A program made the position numbers and the translations under genes. From Octopus sinensis (taxonomy: Eukaryota), in assembly GCF_006345805.1 (NCBI RefSeq), contig NW_021834689.1, positions 1-44,559 of the forward strand: DNA of 44,559 nucleotides. The letters run 5' to 3'. The notes under the pieces were generated by a model, which was not told where the DNA came from, searched no databases, and saw only the letters and a program-made list of their open reading frames with translations. The stretch's first letter is position 1; every line of letters starts with the position of its first letter. Below, one piece after another: positions 24,150 through 35,244 of this stretch.

Positions 24150-24480
24150 CCAAAGTACCTTGGATTGCAGAACGACCTGCTGTGCTTACCTTGGATTGTA
24201 GGATGACCTGCTGTGCTTGAGGAGACCTATTGAGTCAAGTACATCAACGTCAAAATAAATATCAAATGGAAGTTGTAGTTGTGATACCTGTGCCGGTGGC
24301 ACGTAAAAAGCACCCACTACACTCAAGGAGTGGTTGGCGTTAGGAAGGGCATCCAGCTGTAGAAACATTGCCAGATCAGACTGGAGCCTGGTGCAGCCTC
24401 CTGGCTTCCCAGACCCCGGTTGAACCGTGCAACCCATGCTAGCACGGAAAAACGGACATTAAATGATGATGATCATCATC
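24150..24480 (+). mobile_element. Family C copy with extended 5' part
   Basis: ATCAAATGGAAGTTGTAGTTGTGATACCTGTGCCGGTGGCACGTAAAAAGCACCCACT...GGACATTAAATGATGATGAT; two 31-bp tandem units at about 24156-24218. Confidence 0.85.
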
Positions 24481-24534
24481 ATCATCATCATTATTATTAT
24501 TATCATTATCATTATTTTTATTATTATTATTATT

Positions 24535-24970
24535 AACGAGGTGGTGAGTTGGCGGAATCATTTGCATGCTGAATGAAATGCTTAGTCATATTCTGTCTGC
24601 CGTTACGTCCTGAGTTCAAATTCTGTTGAGGTCGAACCACATGGTTCCGGGTTCATTCCCACTGCATGGCACCTTGGGCAAGTGTCTTCTACTATAGCCT
24701 CGGGCCTTGTGAGTGGATTTGGTAGACGGAAACTGAAAGAAGCCCGTCGTATATATATGTATATGTCTGTGTGTCTGTGTTTGTCCCCCCAACATCGCTT
24801 GACAACTGATGCAGTTGTGTTTACGTCCCTGTAATTTAGCGGTTCGGCAATAGGGACCGATAGAATAAGTACTAGACTTACAAAGAATAAGACCTGGAGT
24901 TGATTTGATCGACTAAAGGTGGTGCTCCAGCATGGCCGCAGTCAAATAACTGAAACAAGTAAAAGAGAAT
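24535..24970 (+). mobile_element. Family B head fused to a near full-length family A body
   Basis: B head to GAGGTCGA, then ACCACATGGTTCCGGGTTCA... through the A tail CTGAAACAAGTAAAAGAG. Confidence 0.8.
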
Positions 24971-25004
24971 GAGAAATAGATATATATATATGTATGTATA
25001 TCAT

Positions 25005-25535
25005 CATCATCATCATCATCATTTAGCGTCCGTTTTCCATGCTAGCATGGGTTGGACGGTTCAACTGGGGTCTGGGGAGCCCGAAGGCTGCACCAGGCCA
25101 GTCAGATCTGGCAGTGTTTCTACAGCTGGATGCCCTTCCTAACGCCAACCACTCCGAGAGTGTAGTGGGTGATTTTATGTGCCACCGACACAGGTGCCAG
25201 ACGAGGCTGGCGAACGGCCACGCTCGGATGGTGTTTTTATGTGCCACCGACACAGGTGCCAGACGAGGCTGGCAGACGGCCACGCTCGGATGGTGTTTTT
25301 ATGTGCCACCGACACAGGTGCCAGATGAGGCTGGCAGGTGCCAGACGAGGCTGGCAGACGGCCACGCTCGGATGGTGTTTTTAATGTGCCACCGACACAG
25401 GTGCCAGATGAGGCTGGCGGACGGCCACGATCGGATGGTGTTTGTTACGTCCCCAAAGCACGGAGGCCAGTCTATGCGGTACTGGCTACGGCCACGTTCG
25501 GATGATTTTCTTGTGTGCCACCGGCACTGGTACCA
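25005..25535 (-). mobile_element. Family C copy containing a 62-bp internal tandem array (4 units, 25179-25447)
   Basis: Units start GTGCCACCGACACAGG at 25179, 25241, 25303, 25386. Confidence 0.9.
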
Positions 25536-25765
25536 CAAAGATACAAATTCCATTTATGTTCATCTATTTTGATTTGTTTTGATTTGATTTGATTTGATTT
25601 GATTTGATATATATATATATTCTGACATATATATAACATATTCTCTCTCTCTCTCTCATATGTCTCATGGCATACATTTGCTGGTGAAGAAAAGAGAATT
25701 GATGTCCTGCAAAATGGTAAATCTCTTTCTCTCTCAAGAACTTGCGCTACAATCATAACTACAAC

Positions 25766-26925
25766 TGCTACTACTATAGTACTACTACCATTACTGCTAC
25801 TATTACTACTGCTACTACTATAGTACTACTACCATTACTGCTACTATTACTACTGCTACTACTATAGTACTACTACCATACTGCTACTATTACTACTGCT
25901 ACTACTATCTTGCTACTATAGTACTACTACATTACTGCTACTATACTACTGCTACTACTATAGTACTACTACCATTACTGCTACTATTACTACTGCTACT
26001 ACTATAGTACTACTACCATTACTGCTACTATTACTACTGCTACTACTATAGTACTACTACCATTACTGCTACTATTACTACTGCTACTACTATAGTACTA
26101 CTACCATTACTGCTACTATTACTACTGCTACTACTATAGTACTACTACCATTACTACTGCTACTATACTACTGCTACTACTATAGTACTACTACTGTTAC
26201 TGCTGCTATTACTACTGCTACTACTATAGTACTACTACCATTACTGCTACTATTACTACTGCTACTACTATAGTACTACTACTGTTACTGCTGCTATTAC
26301 TACTGCTACTACTATAGTACTACTACCATTACTGCTACTATTACTACTGCTACTACTATAGTACTACTACCATTACTGCTACTATTACTACTGCTACTAC
26401 TATAGTACTACTACCATTACTGCTACTATTACTACTGCTACTACTATAGTACTACTACCATTACTGCTACTATACTACTGCTACTACTATAGTACTACTA
26501 CCATTACTGCTACTATTACTACTGCTACTGCTATAGTACTACTACCATTACTGCTACTATTACTACTGCTACTACTATAGTACTACTACCATTACTGCTA
26601 CTATTACTACTGCTACTACTATAGTACTACTACCATTACTGCTACTATTACTACTGCTACTACTATAGTACTACTACTACCATTACTGCTACTATTACTA
26701 CTGCTACTACTATAGTACTACTACCATTACTGCTACTATTACTACTGCTACTACTATAGTACTACTACCATTACTGCTACTATTACTACTGCTACTACTA
26801 TAGTACTACTACCATTACTGCTACTATTACTACTGCTACTACTATAGTACTACTACCATTACTGCTACTATTACTACTGCTACTACTATAGTACTACTAC
26901 TGTTACTGCTGCTATTACTACCACC
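25766..26925. repeat. 44-bp minisatellite, about 26 copies
   Basis: Unit CTACTACTATAGTACTACTACCATTACTGCTACTATTACTACTG; TATAG recurs at 26003 and 26047. Confidence 0.95.
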
Positions 26926-27469
26926 ACTACTAATACTACTGCTACTACTACTACTACCACCACCAATACTACTACAACCACCACTACAGTACGACCACCA
27001 CTACTACTACTACCACCAATACTACTACTAGTCTTGCTGATTTAGTTTCTTTTTGTTTTGTTTTTTTCTTTCTTTTGTTCTTCGATGCATATTTGTTTTA
27101 CCTGCCACCAACACCACCACACCTTGCAACATCAGATCTGTTTTCTGCTCTGACTGTATTACCTTAACGCCACCACCCGAACCATTGCACCACCACCACC
27201 ACCACCACCCCGGGTGGATGTAGTGGTGTCTGCCATAGTCCTTCCCATGTAGACAGTCCTCCATGCAATCTACTGATGTCTATATTGAAACGAAGTCGGA
27301 CTTTTTGCTTTCTTTTTCGTTTTATTTTCTATTATTTTTGCTTCTTATTTATTTTTCTTATTTTTTTTTATTCTCCCCGTTTGAATTCCGTCCGAAAAAC
27401 AAAAAAAAAAAGAATCTGATTCTTTGATTGTTCTTTTGTGCTTTTGCTCTAAATGTCATAACATTATAG

Positions 27470-27838
27470 TTAAGTTCTTATCATCATCATCATCATCATC
27501 ATCACCATCATCATCACCTTCATCACCATCATCACCATCATCATCACCATCATCATCATCATCTCCACCACCATCATCATCATCATTGTCATAATCATCG
27601 TCTTCATCACCATCATCATCATCATCATCACCATCATCACCATCATCACCATCATCATCATCATCTCCACCACCATCATCATCATCATTGTCATAATCAT
27701 CGTCTTCATCACCATCATCATCATCATCATCACCATCATCACCATCATCACCATCATCATCATCATCTCCACCACCATCATCATCATCATTGTCATAATC
27801 ATCATCTCCACCACCATCATCATCATCATCATCACCAC

Positions 27839-27883
<45 letters not shown>

Positions 27884-28136
27884 GTTACCATCATCATCAC
27901 CATCATCATCACCATCATCATCACCATCATCACCATCATCATCACCATCATCATCATCATCATCATCACCACATCATCGTCATCATCATCACCACATCAT
28001 CGTCATCATCATCATAACATCGGCATCACCATCGTCTTCATCAACTTCTCCACCGTCATCACCCTCACCATCTCATCACCACATCATCGTCGTCATCATC
28101 GTCACAATCATCTTCATCAACTTCTCCACCGTCATC

Positions 28137-28168
<32 letters not shown>

Positions 28169-28260
28169 TGTCACCATCATCACCACCATCATCTCCCTCA
28201 TCATCATCATTACCACCACCATCTTCATCATCAACACGACCACCGCCACCATTCACCTCC
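27470..28260. repeat. (CAT/CAC)n field with a 102-bp higher-order repeat (3 copies)
   Basis: TGTCATAATCATC recurs at 27587, 27689, 27791. Confidence 0.9.
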
Positions 28261-28269
28261 ACCCCACCC

Positions 28270-29000
28270 CCGCACACTTGACCGGTTCCTTTATTCAATC
28301 AACTCCGTTATGAATGAAAGGTAAAGTCCGACCCTGGCAAGAATCAGATTTCTAAGCCGGAAGAAATGCCACGAAGCATTTTGTCCGGCCGGTCAGCTAA
28401 CGGTCAGCCAGTTTGCCAATAATCTTTTATCTTTTACTTGTTTCAGTCATTAGACTCTGGCCATGCTGGGGCACCACGTTCAAGAATTGTTTTAGTCGAT
28501 TGATAATAATACTCTTTTTCTATCATAGGTGCAAGGTCAATAAATTGAGGGGAGGGGCCAGTCAATTACATCAACCTCATCTGTACTTATTTTGTTGACC
28601 CCCCCCCCGGAAAGGATGAAAGGGCAAACTCGACCTCGGCGGAATTTGAAACCCTCAACGTAAAGATGGACGAAATGCTGCAAAGCATTTCGCCCGGTGT
28701 GCTACCAACTCTGCCAGCTCGCTGCCCTAATAATAATAATCATAATAATAATAATAATAATGATAATCTTTTCTACTCTAGGTACAAGGCCAGAAATTTA
28801 GGAGTAGGGGGCAGTCGATTAGATCGAGCTCAGTATTCAACTGGTACTTAATTTATCGACCCCTAAAGGATGAAAGGCAAAGTTGACCTCAGCAGAATTT
28901 GAACTCGGGACATAGTGGACAAAATACCGCTAAGCATTTCGGGACAAAATACCGCTAAGCATTTCGCCCGCCGTGCTAATGTTTCTACCAGCTCACCGGC
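28270..29000 (-). mobile_element. Three family B copies plus an A-type tail fragment
   Basis: GAAAGGCAAAGT-GACC cores near 28315, 28620, 28870; short duplication GGACAAAATACCGCTAAGCATTTCG near 28917-28966. Confidence 0.75.
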
Positions 29001-29015
29001 TTATAATAATAATAA

Positions 29016-29293
29016 TCACGTGATCACGTGATCGACCAGACCATCAGATGTTGCTACACATCGCTGGTCACAATGCGTTCGCATTGGTTTAGCCTTCGAA
29101 TGACACCACCCCGCTGGCTAAGCGAGCAGGCCAATAGAAGAAAGAGTGGTGAAAGAGTACAGCAGGGATCACCACCCCCTGCCAGAGCCTCATGGAGCTT
29201 TAAGGTGTTTTCGCTCAATAAACACACACAACGCCCGGTCTGGGTATCGAAACCGCGAGTTCGCTGCCCTAACCACTAGGCCATTGCACCTCC
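29016..29293 (-). mobile_element. tRNA-derived SINE family H, tail type 1
   Basis: Minus strand GGAGGTGCAATGGCCTAGTGGTTAGGGCAGCG...GGTTTCGATACCC; tail shared with 36384-36668. Confidence 0.85.
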
Positions 29294-29324
<31 letters not shown>

Positions 29325-29363
29325 GGAGAGTATTGTAGTTCACTTGAAGCATTGTGTATTGTT

Positions 29364-29691
29364 TATAAAGAATAAAATATTTTGAATGATACAACAAAGC
29401 ACTACAATACGGTCAATGGGCTATAATAACTGGTGTGACATAATCATCCATAGTCTGATGATATTTCGGAATAGAATTCCTTCTTCGGATATTCTTAGAT
29501 GGAGTCGCTGCTATAATCTGTTTATAATCAGATAGATTATAGCAGCGACTCCATCTAAGAATATCTGAAGAAGGAATATTATTCCGAAATACCATAAGAG
29601 ACTATGGGTGACTAAATTACAACAGGTATTATAACCCATTGTCTGTATTATAGTGCATTGTTGTACCATTGAAAACTTGTTATTCTTTATA
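29364..29691. mobile_element. About 330-bp hairpin element (MITE-like), arms about 155 bp
   Basis: TATAAAGAATAA...GGAGTCGCTGCTATAATCT / AGATTATAGCAGCGACTCC...TTATTCTTTATA; loop 29520-29533. Confidence 0.75.
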
Positions 29692-30044
29692 ATAATAATA
29701 ATAATAATTTATTTCTTTATTGACAACAGTGGGGGCTAAACATTGAGGGGACAGACAAGGGGATTAAGTCCATTACTTCGACCCCAGTGATTAACTGGTA
29801 CTTATTTAATCGACCCCAAAAGGATGAAAAGGCGAAGGATGAGGGAAGATGGGGGTTTACATATAATGAAATGATAAAAGAAAGAAAGAAAGTATACACT
29901 GAAAAAGAAAGGACATGTGCAGAGCATACAAAGGTGGGGGGTGCCTCTGAAGTGGAGACAGTCGGTACCATCGTAAAGGATTAAGAGTTGGTTGCAGGGG
30001 ATGAACTCAACACCGGCTAAAATAATAATAATAATAATAATAAC

Positions 30045-30535
30045 ATATTTGCTTGTCAGTTGTTGTTTTGTCTTGGTATAAAAGATGGGCTACAGCAAAT
30101 ATTCTGCTCAATACCACAGATTTGCTTGTCAGTTGTTTGACCATAACCAGTTGAGCATGTCCCTCAGTGGCTGACGATATGTGCATCTCTGGTCACGAGC
30201 AGAAGTAGAGAGGGGGCATCATAGCCACGTGTTGAGAGGGATTCTTTAGGGTTTGAATAATTCACCTTTGGAAACATGGGTGTTTCGTTCAACATCCTTA
30301 AACAATCTTTATTCAGGGACCTTTTGAACGGGATGAGATTATCGACCAGAAGAAAATTCTAACTGGGCCCCCTGCAAGGTCATGCGCTGTTTATCTTGAT
30401 ATGAGATCACCATGTCACACACATATGGTTGTGATGCATGTGCCTGGTGTACCCTTATCAGATGGGTAGTCATGATAGGTATACTGGGCTTCATATATTT
30501 TACCCCAGTTTCACTCTGATGGCATACACTGCTAG
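30045..30535 (-). mobile_element. Repeat family F, longest copy
   Basis: Contains both segments seen at 22748-23048 and 23126-23324. Confidence 0.8.
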
Positions 30536-30634
30536 CAATAATAATAATATTTTTAAAAGTATTGACGTAATTCTTCATAAAGGTAAACAACCAAGACAAA
30601 GAGCGCGATTCGATTGTAATAAATATTTTATTGG

Positions 30635-30677
30635 TTGAACGATATTTCAACAGTAAGTCTGTCTTTATCAAGTTCAA
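30635..30677 (-). ncRNA. Minimal type I hammerhead motif with U3-A8 variant core
   Basis: Minus strand UUGAAC-UUGAUAA-A-GACAG-acuua-CUGUU-GAAA-UA-UC-GUUCAA, followed by AATAAA. Confidence 0.6.
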
Positions 30678-31042
30678 AATCAGAAGTGATAAAAATTCAA
30701 AATCATAGAAATTCAAATCCAAAACGTGAACGAGAGCAACCAGCGTCCACACGTTGATGGAGTGACATCATCAGTCTTCAAATTTTTATTTTATAACCGG
30801 AGAAAAGAATAAGACAGAAAAAAAAAAATAGTTCCAAAATTTTCCACAAGGGCAGTCATGTTGGCGGAAGAAGATAATCTCAGAGCTTCACTGGTTCATA
30901 ATTTATTAACCCCCCACCCCAAATGAAAGGCAAAGTTGAACTTGGCGGGATTTGAACTCAGAACGTAACAGCAGACGAAATCCTGCCAAGCATTTCGTTC
31001 AGAGTGCTAACAATTCTGCCAGTCTTCTGCAATAATAATAAT

Positions 31043-31414
31043 AGAAGGAAGCAAACGATGATGGATCATAGATATAGCATGCCCAGCTGACAACAAGGTA
31101 TACGATAAGGAAGAAAGAAAAGTCGATAGATATGACAAGTTAGCTTAGGAGGTTAAGCAGTTGTGATCGATGAAGAAGGTGGTAGTAGAACCAATAACTG
31201 TCGAAGCTCTGGGAACAGTGAGCGAAGATCTCGAGAAGTACATGGAACAAATAGGGGCTGCAATAAGGGTGAAGCACTTACAGAAAACAGCACTGCTTGC
31301 AACCGCTCGAATACTCCGGAAGGTTCTCGAAAAATAAAGGGTGTTACCTTAGTTCACTGGTAGTGAACAGCTGACACTGTAGTACATCTCCAGCGATAGA
31401 AGCTGTGCAAAGGC
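31043..31414 (+). mobile_element. 5'-truncated R4/Dong-type element, family 2 (RLE remnant)
   Basis: Translation IDIACPADNKVYDKEERKVDRYDKLA*EVKQL*SMKKVVVEPITVEALGTVSEDLEKYMEQIGAAIRVKHLQKTALLATARILRKVLEK*; stop at 31335-31337; (AAT)n flanks. Confidence 0.9.
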
Positions 31415-31814
31415 AATAATAATAATAATAATCCTTTCTACTAAGTGCACAAGGCCTGAAATTTGGGTGGAGGGGGGTCAATCAGTGTTAATTGTAATAA
31501 TAACATTAGCTTAATTATGACCAAGAACGTAAAGGATAGAAACTATAAACGTTCAAATATTCTGAAAAATTGCACACTTTTTTTTTTTTTCTAAACCAAA
31601 GAAAGCGTTATACAGTCAAAGAGAAATAACTCTAAAATATTACAGATCATGCTTTAGAATTATTTCCCCTGCAAGTCATGTTTTTTTTCTTTTAGAGTTA
31701 TTTCCCTTGTATGTGTATTCCCGTTGGAATTACACTGTTGCTGCTTTAGATATATGTTGCCCGAGTCTTTGTAAGAGGTTATGTAGTCGTGATGGTGGTG
31801 GTATTTATTGGTGA

Positions 31815-32402
31815 CGGCGAACTGGCGGACGTTAGCACGCCGGGCGAAATGCGTAGCGGTATTTCGTCTGTCTTTACGTTCCGAGTTCAAATTCCGCCGA
31901 GGTTGACTTTGCCTTTCATCCTTTCGGAGTCGATAAATTAAGTAACAGTTACGCACTGGGATCGATGTAATCTACTTAATCCGTTTGTCTGTCCTTGTTT
32001 GTCCTCTCTGTGTTTAGCCCCTTGTGGTTAGTAAAGAAATAGGTATTTCGTCTGCCGCTACGTTCTGAGTTCAAATTCCACCGAGGTCGACTTTGCCTTT
32101 CTTCCTTTCGGGGTGGATTAAATAAGTACCAGTTACGTACTGGGGTAGATATAATCAACTTAATCCGTGTGTCTGTCCTTGTTTGTCCTCTCTGTGTTTA
32201 GCCCCTTGTGGGTAGTAAAGAAATAGGTATTTCGTCTGTCTTTACGTTCCGAGTTCAAATTCCGCCGAGGTCGACTTTGCCTTTCATCCTTTCGGGGTCG
32301 ATAAATTAAGATATAATCGGGGTAGATATAATCGACTTAATACCTATGTCTGTCCATGTTTGTCCCCTCTGTATTTAGCCCCTTGTGGGTAGTAAAGAAA
32401 TA
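31815..32402 (+). mobile_element. SINE family B tandem trimer with 15-bp TSD
   Basis: GGTATTTATTGGTGA at 31800-31814 and 32403-32417; units 2 and 3 restart at GGTATTTCGTCTG. Confidence 0.9.
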
Positions 32403-33054
32403 GGTATTTATTGGTGATGGTGACGACGCTGATGATGATGGTGACGATGATGATGATGACAACGATGATGATGATGGTGATGGTGATTATCTCATCGTCG
32501 TATTCGTTGACTACCATTAAAACTCATCCATGGAATTGCTTTTGTCTCTTCTAATTCAGAAGCATTGTCATGTATGGATTGACGTTTAAACTTAGTCGTC
32601 ATTTCACTAAGATAGACAGACAGACAGACTGGAAATCGAACTCATGAACCCCATGCCCCTAATCCCTGAGTCACCTGCCTTCGTGACCCTCTTCACTGCT
32701 ATGAGACATCACCCTTTGTACCTGCATCAATCCACCTTTGATTTCTAAAGATAATCTCACCAGAGATTGCTCCAGCATGGCCACAGTCAAATGTAATAAC
32801 AATAGATTCGTAAACTTTAATTACTCCATTCTTACTCTGATTGCTGTGTTCTCAGAGTACACACTACCACTTCTACTGCTAATTAGGCCACATACTGATA
32901 ATTAGGCCACGTACTGTTAATTAGTTCACATAGGTAAGACAAGTTATCAATTACTTCCATGGAGCTTTCAAATCATTTCAAAGAATTTATTTCTTGGGTG
33001 TTCTTTGTACTCACTGCTTCTCTTCATCTGCCTCATACAAAGTCTTCTTTTTTT

Positions 33055-33275
33055 GCTTCTCTCTCTCTCTCATTTTCTTTCTTTCCTTCTTTCTTTCTTT
33101 CTCTCTCTCTCTCGTTTTCTTTCTTTCTTTCTCTCTCTTTCTCTCTTTCCCTCTCTCTTTTTCTCTCTCTCTCTCATTTTCTTTCTTTCCTTCTTTCTTT
33201 CTTTCTTTCTCTTTCTCTCTCCCTCTCTCTCTTTCTCTCTCTCATTTTCTTTCTTCTCTCTCTTTCTTTCCTTCT

Positions 33276-33334
<59 letters not shown>

Positions 33335-33336
33335 CT
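33055..33336 (+). repeat. (CT)n/(CTTT)n polypyrimidine microsatellite
   Basis: Directly visible. Confidence 0.95.
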
Positions 33337-33402
33337 GATCCTATGCCTTGTGCTTCACTGGTTGTTTTCAGCATCTCTGGAACTACCTTTAGTAGTCTAC
33401 CT

Positions 33403-34820
33403 CAGTGGCTCTCAACCAGGGACGGGGGAGGGGGCGGTGTGTGCATATGGCCCCTGAAGACCTATATAACATTGGGGGTGGGGTCGGGTGTCCACGCAAC
33501 AAAATAGCAAATTGGGGATCAACAATAAATTTTTAAGGGTCCCTGAACAAATTTTGTTTTAGATATATGCATTGGTGTGTCTTGCAAGAAACAGCCGGGT
33601 CCCTTTCTCAAACATTTTACGTGTGCCCCAGCATGGCCACAGCTCGTGAGCTGAAACTAGAATCAATCAATCAATCAATTCAACCTACAAAAGTTAAAAA
33701 TGAAAGTGTGAAAGACAAAACAGGAATTTTGAAAGGGGTCTCTACGAAACCAGTTTTTAAACATTGAATGGTTTTAGGGTCCACCAGAATAAAATAGTAG
33801 TGAAAGGGGTCCGTAGATGAAAAAATGGTTGAGAACCCTTGCTTTAGATGTATGTATTGGTTAAGTATTGCAAGAAACAGCTGGGTTTCTTTCTCTAACA
33901 TTTTACATTGTTCAACCTACAAAAGTTAAGGTGTGGAAAATAAAGGAGGAATTTGGAAAGAACTTTTTATAAAACTAGTTTTTAAACATTGAATGCCTAT
34001 AGGGTCCCACCAGAGAAAATAGTTATCAAAAGGGGTCCGAAGATAAAAAATGGTTGAGGATCCCTGCTTTTAGATGTATGTAGTGGTTATTTATTGCAAG
34101 AAACAACTGGTTTCTTTTTCTAATATTTTTGCATAGTTCAACCTACAAAAGTTAATGTGTGCAAAAACAAATTTGGAATTTTGAAAGGAATTTCTTTGAA
34201 ACTAGCTTTTAAACATCAGATAGCTTTGGGGGTCCACAAGAATAAAATTGTAATCAAAGGGATCCATAGATAAACAGTTGAGAAACCCTGCTTTAGATGT
34301 ATGTATTGGTTAAGTATTGCAAGAAACAGCTGGCTTTCTTTCTCTAACATTTTACATTGTTCAACCAACACAATTTTATGTGTAAAAAATAAAATAGAAA
34401 TTTTGAAAGAAGCTTCTTAATAGTAATCAAAGAGGTTCACAGATGAAAAATGGTTAAAGATCCTTGGTCTAGAGCAGTGGTTCTCAATCGGGATACACAT
34501 GGCCCCTTGAGAGTCCATATAAGATTTGGCTCGGATGGGGGGGGGGTCATGCAACAAGATGGTAAATTGAGGATCCACAATAGTGTTTTAAGGGCCCCTG
34601 AAAAATTTTGCTTTAGATGTATGTATTGGTTATGTTTTGCAAGAAACAGCTGGGTTTCTTTCTCTAACATTTTACACAGTTCAACCTACAAAAGTTAAGG
34701 TGTGGAAAAAGAAACTAGGAATTTTGAAAGAAGTTTTTATAAAACTAGTTTTTAAACATTGAATGGCTATGAGAATCCATCAGATTAAGATAGTAATTAA
34801 AGGGGCCCGTAGGTATAAAA
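33403..34820 (+). mobile_element. hAT-type MITE array: one full copy, three right-half repeats, one further left-end copy
   Basis: TIRs CAGTGG(C/T)TCTCAA...TTGAGAACCC-TG; right ends at 33841, 34066, 34290, 34466 followed by CTTTAGAT-like or GTCTAGAG 8-mers; new left end at 34475. Confidence 0.8.
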
Positions 34821-34868
34821 TGTCATATCCTTACGACACTTTTGACTGAGTAACTACCAGCTCCAATA

Positions 34869-35244
34869 AGGAGGCGCAATGGCCCAGTGGTTAGGGCAGC
34901 GGACTCGCGGTCATAGGATCGCGGTTTCGATTCCCAGAGTGTGAGTGTTTATTGAGCGAAAACACCTAAAGCTCCACGAGGCTCCGGCAGGGGATGGTGG
35001 TGATCCCTGCTGTACTCTTTCACCACAACTTTCTCTCACTCTTACTTCCTGTTTCTGTTGTACCTGTATTTCAAAGGGCCGGCCTTGTCACTCTCTGTGT
35101 CACGCTGAATATCCCCGAGAACTACGTTAAGGGTGCACGTGTCTGTGGAGTGCTCAGCCACTTACACGTTAATTTCACGAGCAGGCTGTTCCGTTGATTC
35201 GGATCAACCGGAACCCTCGTCGTCGTAACCGACGGAGTGCTTCC
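34869..35244 (+). mobile_element. tRNA-derived SINE family H, tail type 2, 13-bp TSD
   Basis: ACCAGCTCCAATA at 34856-34868 and 35245-35257; head GGAGGCGCAATGGCCCAGTGGTTAGGGCAGCGG...GGTTTCGATTCCC. Confidence 0.9.

Noticed and set aside
25766-26925. Regular repeats (44 bp here, 62 bp at 25179, about 250 bp at 37537) considered as CRISPR-like arrays
   Set aside because: Head-to-tail units with no unique spacers, eukaryotic context, no cas genes
27470-27838. Met-rich ORF and neighbouring Asp/Gly-rich ORF (28065-28298)
   Set aside because: Reverse reading of (CAT)n repeats
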